DNA of 64,000 nt from Chrysomallon squamiferum (taxonomy: Eukaryota > Animalia > Mollusca), in contig CM022665.1 of assembly GCA_012295275.1 (NCBI GenBank), positions 7,626,001 to 7,690,000 of the forward strand. The letters are read 5' to 3'. A model generated the notes under the pieces. That model worked only from the letters and a program-made list of their open reading frames with translations. It made no database searches and was not told where the DNA came from. The translations under genes were made by a program, and so were the position numbers. Below, piece after piece: positions 24,904 through 38,143 of the stretch. Each line of letters begins with the position of its first letter. Position 1 is the first letter of the stretch.

Positions 24904-27900
24904 GTTCATTAATTTAAAAAATAGTAAATATCTATAGTTTTAAATTATTATTATACGTACAACAAATATGAGTTTACTTCAAGAAAACATACCTTGTGCA
25001 AATTGAGAAAATAAATAAATAAATAAAATTACTTAAGTATGCGAAAAAAAATATACACTTAAGTGTTTCACCTAATGAATCAAAAACACGAGCACCACGT
25101 TTTTAGTACATTAAACAAATCAGTTTATTGCACGTTGTCTTCTTTTTGTATCAACCAAACATTTGCGATTTTACCATGACTTTGCCATGTCTGTTTTCTC
25201 CATATTTATTTGAGAAGCCTCAAAAGAAAATATCGGAATATCCAAACGTCTTGACAGCTGAAGTTTGAAATAACGTAGTGAGAGAGGACAGTATGTTGAT
25301 GGTTAGATATCAATGTCGCAGAATTAACTCTTTACATTTTTTTGTTTTTCCTTTCCAGTCAGTGTTGTTTGAAGGAAAATTATCAATAGTTGTGATGCTT
25401 ATTTAACTTTCTTAAAAAAATAAAAAATAAAAAATAAAAAATGCGCAGACAAAAGATTTCTCGTTTTTACGCAAAAAACTGATAATTAACATAATAACTG
25501 TTATTGAGTAAAGGTACCGCAATGTCATTAACTATTATTCATTTTAGGTCTGATATAAAGAGTAACGGTCAGGGTTGAAGTCAACGAATGTACATGAAGT
25601 TATGTTTTCTGCTTGTCGTTCTGATCTGTACAGACTAATAATTATAAAAGTTGAATTTAATTTTTCGTAATATGGCGAAATGAAATGAACTAGATTTTAG
25701 TGATATCAGATTAAATTCAGATACCTAATAACTTACGGTATTATTAACTGAACCAGTTGAATTATCAAATATAACTTTTTAACAATCTTTAATTAACCAG
25801 TACAGTCATTTATGATTTAACTGATAATATGCATTTTATAATGTACAAAAGAAGATATTACTTGGGAAAACAATAAAAAGACTTTACAGAAATTATGGCA
25901 ATGTATCTCAATTTACTTGTTTAACTTTCTTATAGCGGGAAAGAAAATTAACTTAACCGAGTTACTATGGGCGAGGCAAATTCATTTAGAGATAATAGTT
26001 AGAAAACTAATTTCGTTAGATTTTTACTACAGAAATAAATTTACCTTGATCAAAAACAGAACTGAACACTTTAATTATCTTAGCACGTAAAACATACATT
26101 AACATCCAGTGATTATTTAAATGCAGGTACGTATTAAAACACACCGTTGTTTCAAAAGGTATTTCCGTTCTCTCTGGAGAAGTCATTTTCAAACTGATCT
26201 GGTCTGGCAGAAAATCAACAGATTGCTTAATGCTATTTGTGAAATAAAAATATAAAATAAATCACCAACAGCAACACAATGTTCAGTGTTAGACACAACA
26301 AAACAAATGCAAGAATGTGCTGTTACTTATGAGATGAGCAAATGGTGGTGTATGAGTAATTGGAATTTAATCAGCGTAACTGGAAATGAACTCTGACAAC
26401 GAGAGTAATTCGAACTAATATAACTGTATGAGACCAATCTGAAGAAAAATAAATTCCTCTAATATTGTTTTAATAAACATTCTGCAGATCTGAATAACCG
26501 CTAATCAGGCTAAATGTCTAGGTTAAACTATCATCCATAGTGACAAGTCATCTAATACAGAGATATATGATAGATAATGTTTTTTTGAAAAGTTTTCAGT
26601 ATCGATGTGACTGATGCAGGTCGCACGCCCGCGAATCTCTCTCAAAACGTCTGCTTCCGATTCGACTGTTACGCGAGCACATGCTAATGTAAACTGTTGG
26701 GGGCCTCGGTCTGTTCATCACTTTGATGATGTTCAGTTTTGACTTGAGCTGACAGCAAGGATCAAAAGAGGTATCATTCAGTGCATGATTGTGTGTTTGT
26801 GTTTTTCCTGGAAGGAACTTCACTTGTTATAACAGCTTTCAGCTTCATGCTTAGCTTCACTGGAATGTATTAATATTACAATCCACGTTAACGTCTCTCT
26901 GCTTTTGTTTTTGCATACGTAACCGTAATTATGTAGAAGTAACTCGCCCGCAAAATCACATTTTGTTATTTCAACAAACGAAAAGCCCTACTCATTGAGA
27001 AACTGCCTTTCCTTTTTGTTTGCTCTGTTTATAACCGTTTACGACGAAATTTATGAAAATGCATATAACACGATTCTTTTCCTTTCTTCTTTTGAAAACT
27101 AGAAACCAAAAAAAAAAAAAAAAATGAAGAAGAAACTGAAGACGTCTGTGAGTTTTTCCGAATTATCTTACTTGTTTTATCTCTAAATACCTCTGAGAGT
27201 AAATAAAAATACCTCGTGTTATAGAAACTACAAAACAAAAACACGTCGCGTTAGCGATACTACAAACACTGACGTCGACATATTAATACAACTGCCAATC
27301 ACCATCAGCTTCACCGGCCCAGTATATCAGTCTAAGTTTTCTACACTAGACAAGTCTTGAGTTCATTGTAAATGCAAAAAGACGAGAAAACAAGAATGTA
27401 AAATCTATTAGAAGATGGTGTGGGCTTGATTTCCGTGCTCGTGAAAACACGGCACCTGTGTTTACACCATGCTTTTGTCAGATCCGCTTCATTACGCTTT
27501 AAGTGAGAACAAAATACACAGACAGCATGAAAAATGTATGAACATACCTTAAATTTATACACTGAACATAGAAAACCATTGCAACACGTTTCAGACAAAA
27601 TGCATATGTCATTATTGGATATTAAAAACACTTTTTTCAAACAGAGGAATGACATGAGATTATTTTTTGTTTGTTTTTGTTTTTGTTTTTGTTTGTTTGC
27701 TGTTGTTTTTTCGTTGTTTTTTGTTTTTTTTTTGTTTCTTTTTGTTACTGTCTGCTGTTTGTTTTGTTTGGGTTTTTTTGTTGTTGTTTTTGTGTATGTT
27801 TTATAGAAACAAACATTTTTTTTTATTATTATTTTTTTTTTATTGTTTTTAAACTTTTATCTTTGCCAGTAGTTCACATAGGTCTGTTGTATAAATAAAA

Positions 27901-28852
27901 AAATAATTTATATTTTCTTTTTCTTTATTTCAAAAAAAAAAAAAAAAAAAAAAACTAGTGAAAAAGAACATTTCATTTGCGAAATGTTTTATAATTTGCT
28001 TCTTTTCTTTATGGTTTCTCTGAAAACAGTCATTGCTGGAATTCGATTACTTATATGTTATCACATAAACATAAACAGTGACTAATCATTTTCTCATTAA
28101 ATAAATAAAAAATATAACAAAATAATCAGTCAATTAATATAATTTTAATTTTTTTTTAAAACTCTATATAATATTTTACGACTATTCTGAAATCCTATTT
28201 TTTTTTTTTTTTTTTTTTTTTGACGTAAAATTTGATAGTTCTTTACGGAATGAAGTGCAGCATGCTATATATCTACAAACTTGTAACAAATCTGCGAAAT
28301 AATGACTTAAAAAGAATATTATTAAGCTGTGCGTCTAACCTGAAGTACCTGTTTCAACATAACGTTTACAAAATTGTATCCATCTACCAGAAACGACTGC
28401 TAATTTATTTTCTTCTTCGGTTAGATTTTTCTCGCTTACAATAACTGTTATTCCGTGCTTTTTAAAATGCCTAAATCCATTAAACAATATTTATGGGTTT
28501 TCCCGACTTTGAAGTGTTTGCACTTGAAGCCATGGCGCGAAAGCATTATGTATGTCAAACTAGCGGAAAGGCCTAAGTAGCGCCGCGTGCCGCAAACAAA
28601 ATAACACATTTATTAGTCGTGGGAGGTTCCTACCAGAAATCCAATCACATTTGTTTAATGTGAATACCGTGCAGGACGTACATTGAGGGGACACCTCCGT
28701 TTAAAGAATACATTTACCTAAGTGGTAATACGTGATGAATTTAAGTTATTTTATTATTTTTTTCTTTCTTCCGATAACCTTTCGTTCTCAATCTTTTCTC
28801 TCTTTCTCGTTCTCAGATGTGGAATTCGTTTACTTTTATATATTTACTTCAT

Positions 28853-28899
28853 ATTATTATTATTATTATTATTATTATTTATTTTTTTTCTTCTTCTTC

Positions 28900-28959
<60 letters not shown>

Positions 28960-29200
28960 GTTATTATTATCAACATCATCATCAATGTCATCATCATCAT
29001 CGTCATCGTTATCATTATAATCATTGTCGTCGTCGTTTTCGTCAAATTTGTTTACTGTTACTAAAATTATTTCTGTTCATGAAGTTTAATATTATATATT
29101 TTTAAAAATGTTAAACATATACGTGTATATGATAAATATATTTCTTGGTATCATCATTATTATTATTATTTCTTTAAAATATTTAAATATATTTATAGAA

Positions 29201-29263
<63 letters not shown>
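28853..29263. repeat. (TTA)n/(TCA)n block and inverted (TAA)n block
   Basis: (TTA)n at 28853-28970, (CAT/CGT)n to ~29035, (TAA)n at 29201-29263. Confidence 0.95.
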
Positions 29264-29264
<1 letters not shown>

Positions 29265-29855
29265 TTGAAATATGAGACAAACGCGCACAGTAATAGGATA
29301 TTGATGTGTGTGACAATAAAACAAAGGTTGAATGAGAAAGCCCCTGATGCTTCTGGATATATATATATATATATATGAGCTACTGAACACTGATCATTAT
29401 CACCTATAATTAAATATGTACATAATACATGTATTTGTTTTGTTTGTTTTATGCTTCAGTTAACCTGAAACATGTATACAGCCACAACCATTCACTTGGA
29501 ACTAATTCTGGATGAAACTAATAACAAAAAATAAATTATATGTCCACATGTCTTTCAAAAGAAAAAAGTCACTATAACATTTGAAGTTAATTTATAATGT
29601 AATAAAGAAAATTTTGGATAATATTTATATGAATGAGTGTATTGGGAAACAATGTTTTCAGTCATGCATATGATAATGTACTTGATAATTCGGCTTTGCA
29701 CAGTTCCTAAAAAAAAAAAAAAAAATAAAATGTCGATAACTGAAGTTTAAAAAAATTAAAAATACATATTAAAAATGAAACGAGCTAATTCTTGAAAGAA
29801 AATAATAAACAGCCAGACTTTGCAGAGAAAGAACTAAATAGTCTTTAATTTCATG

Positions 29856-29906
<51 letters not shown>

Positions 29907-30528
29907 GTATGTGTGTCACTGTATTACTCTTCAATCGCCGATCAGTTGGATGTTAGTGCTGTCTAGGGATTTATTATATTTATAATTTATATTAACTTCG
30001 CCATCATTTCGATATCTACACAATTTACTATTGAAATCTCCTACAATAGGTCACGTATAATCCCATTATATATTAAAATTATTATTAAAGGATTTCTGTA
30101 GAATACTGGTGAGAGGCGGATTTTTTCCTGACAAGCTATGTCGAATGATCGAGTTGTTAACAATAGACTGCTTTGAAAACAAAACAGAAACGTATGTAGC
30201 ATATGTTCCTTTGTATTAACATGTCAATGAGAGAGAGAGACTGGCTTTTGCTCTCGTTAGTCTGCTTTTTGTACTGTTTTCTTCGTCTTTTAATTTTTCT
30301 GTCAGTATAATATTCTCTTCCAAGTAAAATAGCGAGATACGATACAAGCAAGCCTGTTTTACCTATAATTAACGATCTTGAATTATAAAGTTAAATATTC
30401 TGTAAGTACAATTATTTTACGTGAAATGATCAGAGTTTATAAATTTAAATACAGGAAGACATATTTACGAGATAGTATACATACAATTAAATGCAGTGAT
30501 AAAGAAATCATATATGCTTATAAATATA

Positions 30529-30569
<41 letters not shown>

Positions 30570-31869
30570 ATACGTATATATAGAATATAGTAGAATATTT
30601 GATACACGATATATGCTACAAAACAGCTCAAGGAGACATTTTCCATACAGACTTCACAGATACGGAGTTATATAACGATCTGTTTGCCAAATATACGAGT
30701 GTTAGTTTTAAACGTGTTGAAAGGCTGCACTGCGCAGTATTTCCAGGATGATCTTGTAACCGAAGATTAAGCAAACAAAACCAATAGCCAAACACAGTCT
30801 ATAAATAACGTAACAGTCTGATCAGCTGACGAGATTCTGATTTCGGTAGACTAACACGGGAATTTATTTTATTGTGGAACCCCCAATCAAGTAAATGTTC
30901 CTCAAAGTCTTACCTTAGCTGCGTATGCAATTATATTTTTTTTTGAGCAAGATAAACACACAAACAAAAAGAAAACAAAACCGAAAAATAGAAACCCAAA
31001 CAAGAAAAGAGTAATGATAAAACGTTTTCGGAACCTTACACTTTTCATTTGTATTATAAATGAAGCAGTCAGACAGGAAACACATTAGCAAATGTATAAT
31101 GTTCCAAAAATGAAACTTTTGAATTTCAAATAATTTTAATTATTATTATTATTATTGTTGTTGTTGTTGTTGTTGTTGATGTTTTTGTTGTTGTTGTACT
31201 TAATATTATTATTAGTGCTGCAGATATGTTTGGTTTGTAATACATGTTATTTTTATGATATGCTTTGAAAGTTACGAAACAGCCAACCCGTACTACACTT
31301 TCTAGTTCATCTCTTAGCCAATATTAAAAAAAATAAAGTGTCATCACATCTTCAAGGAAACATAAATATCTGAAAAAGGGAAATTCACGAATTACAAAAA
31401 AAAAAAAACGAAGACTATAATTAATTACGAATGAATAGCAAACCACATTTTAATATTAGCGGTCATTATTTAAAACAAGTCTTGGAGCCCTAGTTAGAAC
31501 GGACATGCTCATCCTGCAACGGAGTATAAACCTCACACCAGCGCTGAACCCCCAGTGAGCAACAGCTCCTCGTATCCTAATTAATTATTAAGCGAGTCTT
31601 CAACGTTGTTGAGTTCCTTTCACCTGAATTAAAATTAAACAGAACACTTTCAGTTTGATGATGCATAATTCACGATACGTAACAGTGAGAGAAACAATAA
31701 AACAATAAAAGCATTGTGTGGAGATAACAAAAGAAAAAACGGTACAGAACCGCAGGATAAAGAGAAAGGCTTGATTCGTTAAAGTTATCGCTAGAAATGA
31801 GAGATGGTTGGTCATCACGTTTCAGCGCTGAGTTTCAGTATGTTATTGTGTTCTTGTTTCTCCTCACAG

Positions 31870-31956
31870 CGTCCCATAGATCTGTCAGCACGTGTTTCAG
31901 AAGTCGCGAATGTTCCTTCGGGCTTTCCGCGCAATCCGACTCTTTATTTTAAATAA
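31870..31956 (+). CDS. Candidate short terminal coding exon (RPIDLSARVSEVANVPSGFPRNPTLYFK*)
   Basis: Strong acceptor ttcttgtttctcctcacAG (31868-31869); phase-0 frame open for 28 codons in CpG-rich sequence. Confidence 0.2.
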   Translation, partial: RPIDLSARVSEVANVPSGFPRNPTLYFK

Positions 31957-32212
31957 GTTGGTGATGCATTTCGGCATCCAGTTTATACGTGTTGACGTAC
32001 AACTCGTCAAACTAACTTGACACTCGCAAAAAAAATATTAACATTTAAACGAAGCCTTTATGTTGTCAGAAATAATTATTATCAAACCTATTTTCTGTAG
32101 GCAAAACAAATGATGTTGTTTACGTATGTTAAATATTTAATTATGTAGCTTAGTGAAAATGGGAAGAAATAAAGACGCATTTTGAAAACGAAACCAAAAA
32201 AATAGTATATAT

Positions 32213-32324
<112 letters not shown>

Positions 32325-33245
32325 CCCTCTCTCAGTCACACACACAAATTCCTAATAATAATACACTGCTGGTTATTTGTTTGAATTTAGTTTGAAATTA
32401 ATGAATTAATAAGGTTAACCTCCAGAGACGTATGTATTATTTTTGTTTTATTTCATGTAACAAAAACTACAAACAAAATTAATAGAGGTTTCTGTTACAG
32501 CTGATATTACAACATTAGTTACTTTAGAAATTAGAATACTGTACTGTTTGTTGTTCGTTTTATTTATTTATATATATATATTTTTTTTAAAGTCTACATT
32601 TCAACACTACCTGTACAAAACTACTGATAAAAACGTGCGCCCAGCGCCACCTAGTGCCGATGTGAAACAAAACGCGGTGTATCACGCGGTTAACAATAAC
32701 GAACACAGCACTCAACACCAGGTCACGTATACACTGGCACAGGTTTCTTGCATTCTCGCACCGTTTTCTTTCCTTCCTCGTCCAAGATATTGCGCTCATT
32801 TTCACATCTGGTATCATATGCTTACAAAACATTCGCGGATGATAAAATTATTCAAAATAAACAAGAAGATGGGTGATGAGGTATAAAGTTTCTGTAGAGA
32901 TGAAAAACATACAATAATAGATGCGCTAGTTAGGTGATGATCCATGGTCGGTGATCTGTAAAGGGTATTTCCCTGGTCGTCACTGTTTTCGGATATTTAA
33001 TGTTTAGTGGGTTTTAAATAACGGGATAACTTGACCTGGCGTTGTTAGAACGGCTGCAATTTTTTGTAGTCTGATATTTAGGTATGAGAGAACTGATCAA
33101 GCGACTAAGCACGCCTCAGCTAGAACTCAACCACTGAACCTCAGAATCTTCTAATAGGTTATTCGTATTATTCAGAACAGCAATAGCGTTATTACTACTC
33201 CTACTAACACTACTACTACAACTGTTGCTGTTGCTATTACTACTG

Positions 33246-33290
<45 letters not shown>

Positions 33291-33462
33291 GCTACAAGAA
33301 ACGAATTAATTTTGTTAAATCTGAATTAAACTCGATTGAACTGAAATAGTGTATCCTCAATCCAGTATTCAGCATTATATACAGTGAAGTCATGACAGAT
33401 GTATTTAATAATTCATTCCTTCTTTCACTACGTTGCTGACAAAATTATTGATATTGAATTTA

Positions 33463-33515
<53 letters not shown>

Positions 33516-34085
33516 AAAACCAATATATTTGAGTAAAATGAATTGTTCTTATCTTCGCAAATATCTCTCTTGTAACTCTGGTTTCAACAGCTTGTTATTT
33601 CCTATGCAAAACAGTTCATTTTATCTGGAAGAAATGTTTGTCAGCCGATGACAAAAAAATAAAAGTTTGCGATTACCATTTGACACAGAGGAAATCAAAT
33701 ACTATAGTTTTTACACGGATGAATGTTAATTAGATGTCACCTTTGTGACTAGTCTTTACTGACTTTTTAGATGTATCTTTTGACGGTCATTTTGATTACA
33801 AAAAAGATAAAGAAAAAAGAAGACGAAGGCTTTAAGATGGCGACTTCAGGATGCACTCCATGCCATTTGTGAAATATTCGTTAACTGAAAAACCTTTAAA
33901 TAGACATGAACAGACTAATAAATAGTTTATCGTTTACAAATTATCGTTTGGTTAAACCTTCGTCCTGTTACGCCGCTAGAGACCTATCTCGTTTACATAC
34001 CACGTTTGATCATTTACATTTACATTACTCTTGAATTTAACAGCCGTCTTCACCTTTTTTTTTTATTTGTTAGTAGTGTTGGAAT

Positions 34086-34120
<35 letters not shown>

Positions 34121-36629
34121 TTTCATTGATTTCGTGACTGCCTAGCTGGTTGCTAGATTATTAATGGTTGGTTGAATCGCTATCAACTCTGTCATCGAAA
34201 TTTTCTTATGGTTGTTATTTTAGGCAGAAGTAATAATTTTATAAATATGAAATACATTTTTATTGTAATGTTATGTTACACAGCTGATGTAAAAATTATC
34301 TATTTACAAGAAAAATATTTGTATAACAATGAGCAGTGATGTTTCTTTAAATTGTGATTTATGTGTTCTCCGAAACTGTGATCTCTTGTAAATATGTCTT
34401 TCTATAGAGACAAAAATTGTTATTGTAATGACATCTGCTTTCGTTAAAAAATCAACGAGCCCCGCTCCATAGATAAAAAAAAACTTGAATGCAAAATCTC
34501 CATTACGTAATATGTCACTGACTCAATCATTATGAAAGTTGAAAAATAATAGATCAAACTGTGTCTTAACTGAGTTTCTACACAATTTCACGTGCACATT
34601 GCTACGTCTCATAAAAACGTAGGACGCATTCAGATATATTATGGTATATTCATCAAATGAACAGTCGTAAATACTGTCCCTATTTGAAGCAACCTCAACC
34701 CAATAACCTTGATCTATGCTTTTTAAAAATACATAACAATGATTGTCAATCTGCAGTATCTTGGATTGTTCTAGATTTTGTCAACAATAAGCCTCTTGAC
34801 AATATACTTTCAACGGAAGCCAATTTGTCTGGTTCTCGCAACTAAACTATCAGAAATATTGCTAGGAATCGTATTAATGTTATTATTACATGGTGGGTTT
34901 CAGAAACTCAAAGGATTCTTGGAGTCTGTGTGCCTCTAGAAAAGGTCGAATGTCAAGCCAGTTAGTGAAACCAATATGATAATTACAAAGACCAGTGGTG
35001 CCAACGAAAAAAAAAAAAAATACTACTGAAATGGTTTATGGCTCTATGGTGATAGTATGTGTTCATTTTATGAACGTGTTATACAAAAATGAAGTGTACG
35101 GGTGAAAACAAAATATGTCGTAATTTATTATTATTTCTGTAAAATGGAATGAATGGCTTTTTAAAGTATAATTTAGGAATTTTTATGTTTACGTGTATTT
35201 TTATTATTGTTGCTTATTGCTTGTTTTTTTGTTGTTGTTTTTTTTGTTTTTTTCTCCTTCTTCTTCTTCTTATTATTTTCTTTTATTTTATTACATCTTT
35301 TTTTTTAGTTCTGTTACATATTTTTAGCTTTTATTGTATCCACCTACCTGCACTGTACGTACTGTATCTATTCATAAAATTCACTTTTGTTATTTTCTCA
35401 AACGGTTACAATTGGCCCACGCTTAGCATAGTAACTGCTTAAAACGATTAACGAATTCTGTGTCAGACTAACAAGGACAAACTGCTGGAATCTCGTCTTT
35501 GGACAGAAAGCTCTGTTTTAGTACTCGACAACTGTAAAAAGGAATGGCTGAATCTCGCACATTTTTATGTTGTTACGGTAAATGATTTTAACATAAAACC
35601 AATAAAATGTGTCTGTGTACACAGCGCCTCTCACTCTCATAAATAATTACAGAGCAAGTGTGGTGTAAATTGTTGGTAGAAGGAGTTTTATTACATTGAA
35701 ACTGTTTATGATATATATTCAGAACATGGAAACATGTATCCATGTACACATGCTTGAACACTGCAACATATACTCTAGTATACACGCTTGAACGCATACA
35801 CGCACACACTCAGATAAATATAAATTTCTAGGTGTACGTGATATTATTCTAAACTATTATTACTTTTACATTATTTTTGTGTTATTGTTATTTTATTGTT
35901 GTTGTTATAAAATGATTGTAATGGTGATGATGATTATGATAGCTATAATAATAATAATAATAATTAATAATAATTATTATTATTATTATTATCATCATCA
36001 TCATCATCATCATCATTATTGTTATGTTTTTAAATTAATTAATTAATTATTTACTAATATTACAAACTTTTATATATTTGATAATATTTCAGAGTAGCAG
36101 AAATGCTGTAATAATTATTATAACATAATTACTATTAAAACAGCCACTGTAAATAGACCCCGCCCTTAAGACGACACTAAACCAAACAGGTTTACTTGAA
36201 CAAAACGTGCGTGTTCATACTGCTTGTCAAGTCATAATTAAATATACTTATGTTTCAACAGACGGATGACAAGCATCACTTTAGCATTGTCAGGTTCTAT
36301 TAGACTGCATGGTCTGTTGTGAAAACTATTTCTATCAGGTTGTCATTTTGAGGTGTCGATCCGTTCAAAGTCTTCTTCTTCTATTTTTTCGAATAATATA
36401 TTTACTGATATAGCAGCTTTGTTTACGAAAAAGATTTTAACAGGTGTATTCAATTTGTCGTTACATTTGAATTATTAGATAGAATTATCATAAAATAAAA
36501 TTGCTCCGTATTTCATCAATAAAGATTATTATTCAGGATATTTGATTGTCCGGGCTTTGTTTCTTTTGCTTGTTTGAATGCCTATTTGATCGCCTATTTG
36601 ATCTTTTCTATTAATATGATACTCGTAAA

Positions 36630-36870
36630 TATATGCATATGCAGATGTATATATACACACATGTACACATAATTAATACTTGCGTACATATGATACATAT
36701 ATGCATGTATGCACACATACATACGTACACACATACATACATACACACATACACATATAAATACAAACACATACACACATCGATACATATATACATACAT
36801 ATACAAACATGCACACGTATACACTTATAGATATCTAAATATGCACATACACTTAAATATATACAAACAT
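36630..36870. repeat. Degenerate (ACAT)/(AC)/(AT) low-complexity tract
   Basis: Read directly; explains four overlapping ORFs. Confidence 0.9.
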
Positions 36871-37066
36871 GCATCGTTATCATTTATTTATCAGAAATTT
36901 TAAAGCACTACTGCTAAATGCCAATATTTTAACTTTAGTTTCAGTTAAAATGTTTCTAAATATTAAATCAATATTCCGAATAATATTGTTAATAAAATAA
37001 AAGCTTGCTATCGGCTAAAATAAAATGGAATATATTTTTAAAGATTTTGGTGGTGTTTTTTCAAAT

Positions 37067-37070
<4 letters not shown>

Positions 37071-37148
<78 letters not shown>
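37071..37148. repeat. (CT)n microsatellite
   Basis: Perfect dinucleotide run. Confidence 0.99.
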
Positions 37149-37153
<5 letters not shown>

Positions 37154-37272
37154 ACATAAAATAATATTAATAAACCTAAATGACAAAGAAATGACAGGAA
37201 TCGACATTTCCCCTCGTTCATCATTCAGCTTATCAAAAAAGTTAATGCCAGTTTGACATCAACGTATAATAC

Positions 37273-37309
<37 letters not shown>

Positions 37310-37457
37310 CATTTATTATATTAGATTCAGCTACGTCAACAGTATGTGTATATATTTATTGTATTTTAATATAATAATAAAACAGTCCTTTATATATTTC
37401 ATTATGATCTTGAGTTTCTATATTACGGTTTAATTTTAATTAATTAATTAAAACCTC

Positions 37458-37459
<2 letters not shown>

Positions 37460-37521
<62 letters not shown>
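37460..37521. repeat. (TAA)n microsatellite, representative of similar runs at ~7347-7387, 18793-18836, 22428-22488, 33247-33289 and 38075-38140
   Basis: Perfect trinucleotide runs. Confidence 0.98.
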
Positions 37522-37523
<2 letters not shown>

Positions 37524-37986
37524 TGAAATATAATTTAAAAAGAATATCAAAATGGACACACACACACATGTAATACGATTATGTAAAATCTGTATTATAT
37601 GTATTTTTTACATGCCTTTAACAAAACCAATACGATATTTTATATTTATGTAGCATAGTGTATACTATTATGATATTATGTCTAAATTCCATACCGCCGA
37701 ATTTTATATAACTTGTAATTATAGTTATGATATGGTATCTTAAGCAAAAATCTCAACAAAAACTAAAATTAATTTAAAGATATATATCCGATCTAAATAT
37801 TTATCAGAATATTTTTCAATGATTAATCTAAAATCTCCGTTAGGAAACGAATAGATGAGCAACCTGCAGTGAAGTAAATTTAGTTACAAACATTAATTTA
37901 TTCTATTCTTGTCTTTCTTTTTTTTTTTTTTTCGTTTTTCTCTAAAAAAGAAAACGAAAACGAAGAAAGTTGTTGTTTTTAAGAAG

Positions 37987-38021
<35 letters not shown>

Positions 38022-38075
38022 AACTGTACTGACAGATTGATAGATCATTCCACGAACACGAATTGACAGAACATC

Positions 38076-38143
<68 letters not shown>

